From: Tubulanus polymorphus
Taxonomy: Eukaryota; Animalia; Nemertea
Assembly: GCF_964204645.1 (NCBI RefSeq)
Contig: NC_134029.1
Location: 9,388,850 to 9,452,849, forward strand
DNA: 64,000 nucleotides
Direction: 5' to 3'
The notes below the pieces were generated by a model. The model worked only from the letters and a program-made list of their open reading frames with translations. It was not told the DNA's origin and made no database searches. A program made the position numbers and the translations under genes. Below, piece by piece: positions 14,439 to 25,011 of this stretch. Positions within the stretch are counted from its first letter, which is position 1; every line of letters begins with the position of its first letter.

Positions 14439-15563
14439 GGCCTTTTTTAAAATTAGTTGGAGCACAGATTTTTTAAGGAAAATTTTGGAAGGGTGAAGAA
14501 AAAAAAATAAAAATAAAAAAAAGATCTTTTGGTACATGTATTTCAAAATTAATTTGGTAAATAAATTTTTTTACAACATGTGTGAATTTATGTGGAAGGG
14601 CGACGGAAATAAAAATTAAAAAAAAAAAATTTCCTCATTACCAAAATGACCCAAATAAAGGCGGCGGATCCGTGCTCCAACTAATTTTAAACAAGAAGCC
14701 TGTCGGCTTATATAGCTCCGCTGTCTTTGTTGTGGCTTGGAGCATAGACTATCACATCAGTATCTATTTGAAACTAGATGTTCAGGGACATTATAGCCAC
14801 TTGGAGAAGGGCCACAATACCAATAATCATACTAACATACTCTAAACTGACAAACTGTTGGAACTGAAGTCATAAGTGGAACAAACTGTAGTCCCCAAGT
14901 ATAGGCACCAAGTGAAATTTATCAAAAATCTATGCAATTGCTTCGATATAGAATGATGTACATAAAGGAGGAAGCTAGTGAGTGGAGAAAGCAGCTTTTA
15001 ATAAATCAATATGCACAAGTTTTGGGAGATTACTTCCAAAAAGTTAAACAAGAAACAACAATTATTTATGTTTTACAAATTAAGTCAGTTTATATTTTCA
15101 AATTTGTAATGAAAGAATACAAACACAAATTATTTTTTTCTTAAATGTAATTCTAACAAATAAACTGAATATATCTCTGTAAGATTCAAAAGTTGATTGT
15201 TCGGGCATCAGAACAATTTACAACGGGCATATGTGAAATTTAATTACTAGACTGATATTGGTTTTTACTATAATGACAAGTAAATTATAATTGGTCACAT
15301 TTAAGTGAAAATCTAAAAATAGCCCTAATTTGCATAATTTATGCAAAATCAAAAATATGGCTCTGTACTTTTGTAGGCACTCCCCCATAGATCATTCATA
15401 CCAAGTTTCATCAAGATCCCATCAGAACTGTAGGATTAGTAGGGATATAAAGAAAAAGTTGACGCCGGACACCGAACACCGGACGGACGGACGGACGACG
15501 ACGACGAACCCCCTAACCCATCAGCTCCGCTGACCTTCGGTCACAGCGGAGCTAAAAAAAGCC
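14439..15563. mobile_element. PIF/Harbinger-like MITE
   Basis: TIRs GGCCTTTTTTAAAATTAGTTGGAGCAC / GTGCTCCAACTAATTTTAAA..AAAAGCC with TTA TSD. The empty site is seen in the homologous copy at about 11017. Confidence 0.75.
14690..15557 (-). mobile_element. HINE/Helentron-like element, family 2
   Basis: Terminal palindrome AGCTCCGCTG-ACCTTCGGT-CACAGCGGAGCT next to a (GGAC/GAC)n microsatellite. Sub-TIR AGCTCCGCTG near the other end. Inserted in the A-run of the MITE TIR. Confidence 0.7.
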
Positions 15564-17314
15564 TTATCATAGAGATGCAGTGATTTTGTATGAATGTTAA
15601 TTATGCACCTAGTTCAACTTGGTTTTTGTTAGTATTTTCATTCATTGTTACTCATGCAGCACTATTTCTTAGTTAAAAGGTAAACACACCTTCCTACCAG
15701 AATTCTGTATATAAACTCAACTCAAATCTTGTTTAAGTCAATGATGCATTTGATCAGCTAATAAACTGTTCTGAATCCAACAATTACTGTCTTGCCATTC
15801 ATCAATGACTCAAAGTTTATGGACCTGTTACACTAAAATCAATGGCACGGCTGCCTTAGCTTTGCTTCTAACACTGGCCAGTTGTGCTTCGATTCCTGGT
15901 CTATTTAGTTAACAAAATCTACAGCAAAAGTTAATTCTAGGTCCAAATTTTATGAACGAGAAAGGAGTTCTGAATGCATTGTGCAAGTTTTTAAGAAGCA
16001 GGTACCACTGAAATTAATCAATACTACCAATGCACCTCCGAATCCAAGGAAGGGTACAACCATAGGTTTTGTAACATTAGACTATTCAGCAGTTTTGCAA
16101 GATTTTATCGACCAAATGCATAAATTAAATGAAATCCGATTCTAGAGATATAAGTCCTGTAGAAGTGAGTAATTTAGACATTGAGATGACCAATTCTGAC
16201 CTGAGTCCGAACGTTTTGTATTCCGTGTCCCAAGTTTGATCTAGAATATGATGTGGAATTACCCTATCCTCGTCAGCCTCTAAACTCGCCCTATGATGGC
16301 TGTGATATGCTGAATGTAGTTATAAGAGAGTTGAATTTTCAGATCAGCGAAACTCGAAGGGAACTGAATGCAAACATAGATATTATAAATTCCCTGATAC
16401 CTGTTAAAGCGGAAACAATTTTAAGGATTTTATTGTAGAATTGCACAATCTCTTTTCGGCTTGACCTCCGATGATAAGGTGCAAACCTTAAAGCAGCATG
16501 TGAAAAAGATTGAATCGAGTTTAGTAAGGATGACTGATCAAATTGTTCAACAAGGGAAAACCTTGAATCCATTCATTAATACGACCAACTAAATCAGGGA
16601 TCAAACAAGTTTTGTAATCTATCACAACAGTTCGCTGATGCTCATAAGCAACAGACAGCTACATGTACAAGCTAGGACCTTAAGTTCTGTTCAACAACTA
16701 GTTCCCTAAATTCGAGAAAAAGGTTGTGATGTGCATCTGCACTTTTCTGGGACCAAATAGACAAAGTGATGAAGGGATGTGATATTCGCTATGAGGAGGC
16801 ATTATTATCTAAAAGCAGCTACGAACTGGCTGATGGTCTATACCTTCTTTCTTCAGGCGGTCTGGACGATGCATTGTTCTGACAGGCCGGTTAAATCTAT
16901 CACTGGCTTCAAGCTATGTGTGATGACTGTACCGTGTTTTTGCTCCATCATTGCTTCAACTTTAAAAGTCCCATACAAATTAACTGGTTGTCAGCAGTAA
17001 TTGTATATATATAGGGGTTCAGACCAAAGGTCGAGCTCATAAAAAATACACAAGACACACAAGATATTTCTCTCTTGTAATACAATTCGGAATTTTCGGT
17101 TCCAGCAATCAATGTAAGTACCGTCTTTGTACTTATTAAGAAATCGGAAAGGGGATACTTTAAATATATTTAAGTACAGTAATTCATTTTCACAACAACC
17201 ACTTCATAAGTTAATTCTATTTTACGTTAGATATTTTTTTAGATCAAAACGGAATACAGAAATCAACCAGAATTCGCAAGTCAAACGCCGGAAAGTGAAG
17301 AGGAACCAGAAACG

Positions 17315-17972
17315 ATGGATATTGAAACTCAGGAATCAACAGGAATGGAGGATGAAACTCAAGTAATTGACGAAAAAACTTTACAAAAATTACAAAAACA
17401 TTTGGACTATCATCAAGAAATGGCGAAAAAGCTGGGCGATGTAATATGTAACAAACAATTACCGCGCATATCATCATTACCAAAATTACCAACAACACAA
17501 CTGGAATTGCTGTTGGGACTCAAGGAATTGAAAACTAAAACAAACAAAATGAGTGGAAATAGGCTGCATGAGTTTTTGAAATCTAAATTAATCATTGAAT
17601 CAGATTTAAGCTTTCCAGAAATACAAAGTGAAGAAGTTTCATTTGCCGAAATTACTGATATCTTATAAAACAAGCTATATAACCATATTAAATAGAAAAG
17701 CAAAACATCTATGGGACCATATCATTTTCGGGGGTTATTTAAATATAGGGTTTTCAATGTTTGATAAAGAAACTGTGGGGATTTCTTGGGGGTCTTGGGT
17801 TAAAAAAAATATATATATCAGTGCCGGCTATGAAATAAAAATAAGAAGAGTAGGTAGATTAATAACATACGAAAAATTCAAAATATTGAGCTTGGCATTT
17901 GTTGATGTAGTTAAATATTTACCAGAAATTGAAGAAATGTTTGAAAACAATTCAGAAATTAAAGAATTCTGA
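17315..17972 (+). pseudogene. Hypothetical protein of the Polinton-like element (frameshifted near 17665)
   Basis: ORFs 17315-17668 and 17628-17972 overlap in different frames and read as one helical protein. Function not recognised. Confidence 0.45.
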
Positions 17973-18499
17973 TCGAAATTATAAATTTTCTATGTACATT
18001 ACAACACTGAAGATCTTTGTATATACAAATCAAATGATGTAATCACTACAAAATCTGCTTTAATATTGTATTGTTATGAGTATGGCCCAATGTGTGTTTG
18101 TTAGAACAAAGGCTTTTCTACATTAGTCGTTCGGTCGTTGTTAATGTTAACGGCTGTTTTGTATTGATTGGTTACAGTTCTGTGTTATAACTTGATCCAT
18201 TTATATTATCATCTTTATAATATGATAAATTATTTTCATCGATTGGTTTTGATTTAGTTAATTTATTATATTTTGTGTTATAAACATGCAAAGTCATAAA
18301 TATTATTTCATCGAATATTAAACTTTTCAAAGTATTTCTCTTCTATTTTACTTTTTATTTCATTATAACATTTATTTAATCTATCATCTATATAATGTTT
18401 TGAAATAATATGTTGTGAATGAGAATTTTTATATTTATATATTTAATTTTTATAATATTTTTCATATTTTCTAAATGTTTTTTTATTTTTTTCTAATGT

Positions 18500-18952
18500 T
18501 TAACCTTTATGAAATTTAAACTCGATAGCAGCTGGACCAATATCACTTTTAAATGCTTCGGTTATTTCAATATCTTTTTTATTATCTAATGAATTAATAT
18601 AATTTCTAACATCTTCCATGTATGGTCTTTTATTGTTTAATTTATTTTTATCAATATCTTTATCAAAATAATCTTCACCTAAAATATCATTATTAATATT
18701 TCTAATATGACTTTTAGATTTAAAATGTTTTTTATAATATCTTTTGTTACTGAATGATTGATTACATGTATCACATTTATATATTTCTTTTTCATTCTTT
18801 AATTCATCTAATTTAGTTACTAATTTATCATCATTATATTCTAATTTCAATTTATTCTCTAAGTGAGATTTAGTTTTATTATGTCTTGCTTTTTGAGATC
18901 TATCTATATTGATTTTACATGTTGGACAGTAGTACTTCTTGTTTGCTTCCAT
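18500..18952 (-). CDS. Two-C2H2-zinc-finger, Lys/Asn-rich protein of the Polinton-like element (probably truncated)
   Basis: YCPTCKINIDRSQKARHNKTKSH and YKCDTCNQSFSNKRYYKKHFKSKSH. Confidence 0.6.
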   Translation of the reverse strand: MEANKKYYCPTCKINIDRSQKARHNKTKSHLENKLKLEYNDDKLVTKLDELKNEKEIYKCDTCNQSFSNKRYYKKHFKSKSHIRNINNDILGEDYFDKDIDKNKLNNKRPYMEDVRNYINSLDNKKDIEITEAFKSDIGPAAIEFKFHKG

Positions 18953-19689
18953 TTTAATATCAATTTTTTTTATTAAAATTGATTTTAGAAGTTTTTCATA
19001 TATAATATATTCATTTATAAAAATACCAGAGTAATTGTATATATAGGGGTTCAGGTTAAAGGTTGAGAAGGCGAGTGAGTAAAAAATTAAAATAAATTCA
19101 AGCGTGCGAGAATAAATTTTAATTTTTTATGAGCTCGACCTCTCGACCTTTGGCCTAAACCCCTATATATACAATTACTGTCAGCTTGGAAAGGTTGATA
19201 AGAGAGTACTTCACGTTGTTAACCTGCCTGTCTTACACTCATTGTTTTCAGATAGAGCCGCTCTAAGAAAGATTGGGGGAAATGAAGTAGCTACTGCTCC
19301 TATAGTCCAATTGCCGGAATTTAAGTACACAAAAGTGGATTGACATTCTGTAGCGAGCAAAGAAGCGGCATATTACTGGGATCTTGGGAGAAAATAACGA
19401 AAGCCCATGAAGACTATGTTCTGCTGTTTGCTTCGAAGGATGAATTCTTAAACAAGACCTAGCCTCCATAGTAATCTGTTATCATAGTCGACGTCACTTG
19501 GTATTTTGTCAGTACCGACTAATTTAAGTATAATGGCTATAGCCCTTTCTGTTTACTGCGCATCTTAATCAAGCTTCTTTATTTCCGGCTGTTGCACTTC
19601 TTGCAGCTCAAAATGTTCCTTTAGTGGAATCAACTGTTGTGCAGTCGAGTAACACACTCACATTTCAAAGCTCTGTTAAATGTGTACAA

Positions 19690-20190
19690 GAATTTCGGGA
19701 CAATGTAGAGTACGATTATTTCGTTGGAAACCTTCTGAACGGAGTGTCAAATTATAGGCACACGTTTCGTATTCTGTGGCCCAAGTTTGATCTAGAAGAT
19801 ATTGCAGAATAACCCTATCTTTGTCAGCCTCTAAACTTGCCCTATGATATCTATGATATGCTGAACGTAGTTATAAGAAAGTTTAATCTACAAACCGACG
19901 GAACTCGAAGGGAACTGAATGCAAACAGATATTATCAAATCCCTGATCCCGTTAAAGCCAATAATAGACAGAAACGAGCTTTAGGAGTTTTTGGTAGTTT
20001 TGCAAAATCTTTTTGGCTTGGCCTCCAATGATAAGGTGCAAGCTTTAAAGCAGCATGTGGAAAATATGGAATCCAGCAGGTGGAGATGATGGAATCTGGT
20101 TAAGTAGGGATGACTGATCAAATCGCTCAACAAGGGAAAACCTTGAATTCATTCATGAATGCAACCAACTAAAGAATCAGAAATGCTTGA
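19690..20190 (+). pseudogene. Second N-terminal env fragment, family 2
   Basis: YRHTF motif and furin site/fusion peptide RQKR|ALGVFGSFAKS.FG. The DNA is homologous to 16210-16600. Confidence 0.6.
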
Positions 20191-20365
20191 ATTCATTTAC
20201 GTTTGGCTTTGCCCATGTATTCTTTTACTTATTTACACTATCGCTATTTATAGTATCGGGGTACTGCTCACTTATATCAACTATGTTAAGTCTGAATCAG
20301 AGTGAAATGCACTTGCAATGAGCAAATTGAAATTTTAATGAATAACTCATGGCTTTAGTGATTTA

Positions 20366-21199
20366 CAGGGCTGCCAAGTGTTCCGATTTTGGCGGAATCG
20401 TTCCGATTCGGCCAATGAAAATACGCCGTTCCGACAGGGTTAAAACAAAATACGAATTCAATCGCAAATGTCCTGATGTCCCGAAAATCATTTCAAAAAT
20501 ACGATTTTTATTATGAAACTTCTTCATTTCCTCATAATGTCTATGAAATACACTAAATCAAATAAATTTGATGGAAAAGAATTGTTACGGAAAAAGCGTG
20601 ACTCAGTAAAGAAGTGAATTTAATTGACCTTCGTTCAACATCAGCCATTTTCACTTTTGATTTGAATTGAATTGGGTAATAACGTGGCAGACGCTGGGCC
20701 GTCGCCGCACAGCGATTTGGGATCCGCCGATGAATCTGGCCCAATGACAAATAAACGAAGCGAATGCAAAAATTCTGAAAGTTGACATTTCCTTGCGTAG
20801 TCGAAAGTAAATGGGGAGTTTACTTTGCGTTCTGTTCGTCTTGTGGCGCTGCTTTCAGCATCTCTCACGGCGGCCTTAACGACGTAAAAAAACATTGCGA
20901 TTCTGGAAAACATAAAAGCACATCGAAGATAGGGAAAATATCTTCATTTTTTCGTCAGGACTCTAAGGAACAGGAGGTTATTAGGGCTGAAACCTTTTTT
21001 ACATTTTTCCTAGTTGAACACAATCTACCCCTGGCTGCAGCTAATCAGCGAGAGAACTATTCAAAAACTGTTTCCCGGTCATTACAATTCAATGAACTAT
21101 CTATTGCTTCATTTAAGTAGGTTCCTATTTGACCCCCCAAAGTTCCTCTTAAGATATCCTTCTGTCCCTATCTGCGTAAGGACAAGGTTGGCAGCCCTG
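20366..21199 (+). mobile_element. Internally deleted hAT element with BED-like zinc-finger ORF (20782-21080)
   Basis: TIRs CAGGGCTGCCAA / TTGGCAGCCCTG. ORF CSSCGAAFSISHGGLNDVKKHCDSGKH...VIRAE..F..FLVEHNLP. TSD imperfect (GATTTA/TATTTA). Confidence 0.7.
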
Positions 21200-24100
21200 T
21201 ATTTATCTATTCTTATGTATTCTGCATGACATGTGCCTTTCCTGCAATTAAGGAAACATCCATCAGCCAATTTTTAACATCAGGAGTACCCATCTGCCCT
21301 CTCCATTGGACAAGTCAAGATTCATTTTCCAATTGTCACCATCAGATTCATACGAATGACAAAAATTATTAGAGCCTCATCTGAAATCCCAGCATGCCTA
21401 ATAAGGCCAGAAGTTATATCAGTGTGACAAGCAAGTCAGCTGTGCAAGGCTAAGGGCATCCTATTGAAATATTCAGCAACAAAGGGACTTAAGCGGAGTG
21501 AAGCTGAATTGACGGGCTATCTGCAGGAATTAGACAGAAAAAAAGTATATTGGCAACTCTGTCAAAGTGACATGATCCAAATGAAATGCTGAACACCTTT
21601 GGCACTGAATGATAGATGCACAGCATTAGGATTACAATAGGGTGATCTCCTTCAGACTGTTATAATAGCAGTGACATAGAATTGATGTGCCTCGTAAGGC
21701 TGAATCGATGAATTTTCTCAAAAAGCTCAGCACAGAAGGTGTAAAGAACAAAATTGAGTGCGAGGAAAATGTTGTCCTTTTGGCAAAAAGAGACTTTCAG
21801 ATAGCGATGATGTAAAATCTGCAAAATCAGGGTGTGTATGTCAGGGTTCGCCGCTCTTATCACACGGCCAGTTGAACATTGATTTTCTGATATGGAAAAA
21901 AAAAACAGTACTTTGAATTTATGTTTCAGAGCAATTAGAAATGCCGCTGAAAGGATTGCAAGGCATTAATTTAGATATTGCAAAGATAATTCTTTCACAA
22001 CCTGGCCAGAAAATTTATCAAAAACTCATTTGATAAATGTTTTACAGATCATTTCAATTAAGTGCATAAGCAATTACATCAATCAGAATTGTTTTAAATT
22101 ATTTAGAAGACATGGTGGCTGAAGAAGTCAGTAGGTTTAGCAAGGAATACTTCATCTGTATCAGCACATGTTTTAATATTTCAAAATCATAATCAATATT
22201 TTGCCAGGTCATTTCTAATTAAAAAAACCCATAAATCTGTGCATAAAACATAAAATTTGTTTGTCAAAATTAATGGATCCCGACATTAGTTACCAGTCTT
22301 TGTCTCTTTAACCCTGATACAGTTTGGCAGCTCAAGTAGCTTTCTTGTTTATTGAGTATTTCCTATTTCCACCGAACTGGGGCTATTTTTGAATAATTCA
22401 TGTATGGCTAGGTAAACATTTCTCAACTCACTTGGTATTGTAACAAGTTTAGCTCTCAAAAAGTAATTAGCGTCGATGCTTTGGGCAGCACAGAATTGAT
22501 CACTCTGTGCCTGCTCTGTTTTTGTATAAATGTGTACCTTGGATAGCTGTGAAATCAGTCCTTATATGATTATCAAAATAGGTATTGACTCATTTTGAAT
22601 AAATTAGTTTTATCTAAAATGATGAATAACTGATCATTCAATTTGTAGAAATAAGTCTTTTAAAAGAAAGTCAGATAACGTAAAACTAGGTCATCATTAA
22701 AATGTAGTATGATTAGTTGATTAATATGTATCATTTTATTACAATTATTAAAATCACTTTGAGCCTGCTCTTCGTCCGATAAAGACTTGAAATAAACTAG
22801 AGGTAGAATTCTAATTGAATCATTCATTTTTTCAGTTTTAGGAAAAAGAAACTAAAAATTCTGTTGCTAAAATGGCGAGAACCCTACAACGATTCTAAAC
22901 CTCTCACAAATGAATCCCGACAGGGATACAACAGAGAACTGGAGGATAACACGATAGAAAAGACCTTCTGTGAAATTTGGCTATACCGGTACACCTACAG
23001 TCTGTGGATATATTTGTGAATGGCACTGACCATCAGGATGCGCATGCAGTAGTAGGAAAGGAATGTAAACACTTGCCTTAAGAAAACTTGGACTACTTTG
23101 GCATCGGGTATGATACCATTGTACCAGACGGGTTAGATAGATTTCATCTCCAGCTTAACAACTTGCCAGCTGAAAAGCATGTTGGTGCATTTCTATACCA
23201 TTTAGGGCACCACACGAGCAACGAATGCTGGATAGCGATTATTTCATTCGTCACATCTTGATTCCTAATGTTCTTCATCGAAATCAATGATAAACTCTTA
23301 ACTAAAACTGAAACTTTTTGTCCTGAACTGGGTCACAACACAGTTACACAGAAAGTGAGGTATGCAAATGTCCATCAATCAATGTGATAGCGCAGAACAC
23401 TACTGTAGACCACATTCACATGCTGTACAGTCAAGAGGTGCAAAAACTTCCAAAAACACTTGCATAGAAATTGACCCGACATCAGATTTATATTGAAAGC
23501 GAAGCTGTCCGCAAAATATAGGCCCATTACATGTCCCCTGTCATTGCATCCCCGAATTACATTATTTAGCTATTGTATATCATTTGTAGAAGTGATCTTA
23601 CTTAAGAGCCCATGTTAAGCCCAGCTATATTTGATCAATATCATTATCACGTGCGTGATTATATTTCTGGAACAGGCTATTCATTAGGCTTCAAAAAAAC
23701 TATATCCCAGGATGCAACTGTTTCAGTGGTTTGGAATGACCCAGCAAAATATTTTGTATCGGGCTATAATAACTATACCAGACAAAAATATTCTAATAGT
23801 GTGACCACTGTTTTATTGCAATAGCATCCACATTTCCTATGTGGCTGATAAATCGTTCCCCACAGCGATTGACACATGATGCAAAAAGGCTGCTTCCTTG
23901 GTAACAACAAAACAAATGGAACGTTCTTTGACAAAGTAGACGATATACTTATTACTAGCTAAAACAGAGCTTCGCTCTTTATCATGTTGCCAAGAAAAGC
24001 CATTGAACCAGCAATATCAGTCACTGCCAGTTATGTTCTAACATAAGATTTGTTGGGAAAAATGTTGAACATGATAAATTACATGGAAAAAGTGAATTGG

Positions 24101-25011
24101 AAATAATAATTATTATGTGCCGCAAGGTGAGGCCAATTTTTCAATAGGGTTCCTAATTATTTTCAAAGGGGTCAACAACTTCCTGGCAATAATAGATCAT
24201 AATAGATGGAATGGAAGAGGAGGGATATGATACTCAGCGACGAGGAGACAAAAAGCAATATACATCTGAAATTAATAGAATGATAATAATGACCTATTAG
24301 GAGAAGGTGACATAGGAAGGTCTGTTGTGGCTGAGAACGTTGTTTTAGGGTCTTACCTCTGATTGTATTTCAGGATCACTGTAATTTTTGATGTGTCTTT
24401 GCTCTCTACTACACCTGATTTGACAGGTTCCTATAAAACTGTCTATAAAGAATATTATGATGATGCAGTGGGCAAGATCAAGGTCGTTCACAAGATAGGC
24501 AGAACGTCAATAAAGCAAAAGCGTATATGATCGGGGTAGTAAGGAACCAGATTTTTAAGTCGGTCAATTAGTTTGGCTTAACAATCCTTTTGTCGCAAAA
24601 AGACAGTGTAAGAAATTTGTGCATCACTATCTAGGACCCTTTAAAATACTACAGCTGACTTTGGCAGTTGATTATAAACTCATTCATATGAGATAGACTA
24701 ATGATGTTCCGAAAATAGTTCATTGCAATCGAATGAAATTGTATGTTGACTCAAGGGACATACCAGATGATCAATCATCAGATAAGAGTGAATCTTCATG
24801 TGATTCGAAAATACATGACAGAAATCATTCAAATTCTAATGATTCTGAGGAAAATTTGGAAGATAAAGATGATATTTATACGATGGAATAAATTTTGAAA
24901 TCACGCTTTAATAAGGAAGGAATTGAGCAATTTTTGGTCAAATGGAAGGGTTATGGTAAGAAGGATTGTACTTGAAAAGTTTAAGATAGTTTTATAGATA
25001 AAACGTCTTAA

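Larger units (their letters stand above)
14020..15850. repeat. Interspersed repeat, copy 2 (interrupted by a MITE and a HINE)
   Basis: Homologous to 10616-11275 once 14439-15563 is removed. Confidence 0.75.
16996..19179. mobile_element. Non-autonomous Polinton/Maverick-like element (2184 bp)
   Basis: 5'-AG..CT-3' termini, ~50-bp TIRs (AGTAATTGTATATATAGGGGTT...) and a 6-bp TSD GTCAGC at 16990-16995 and 19180-19185. Very AT-rich interior with two convergent ORFs. Confidence 0.7.
16200..19620 (+). pseudogene. Gypsy env (F-protein-like) remnant, family 2, split by the 16996-19179 insertion
   Basis: CDMLNVVIRELN..., Cys-rich C..PVKSI...CVMTVPCFCSI...PYKLTGCQ|LGK...VVNLPVL and a TM-like stretch near 19500. 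Same layout as the env at 38136-40402. Confidence 0.6.

Noticed and set aside
21200-24400. Short ORFs and coding-like patches
   Set aside because: Too degraded; no motif was recognised.
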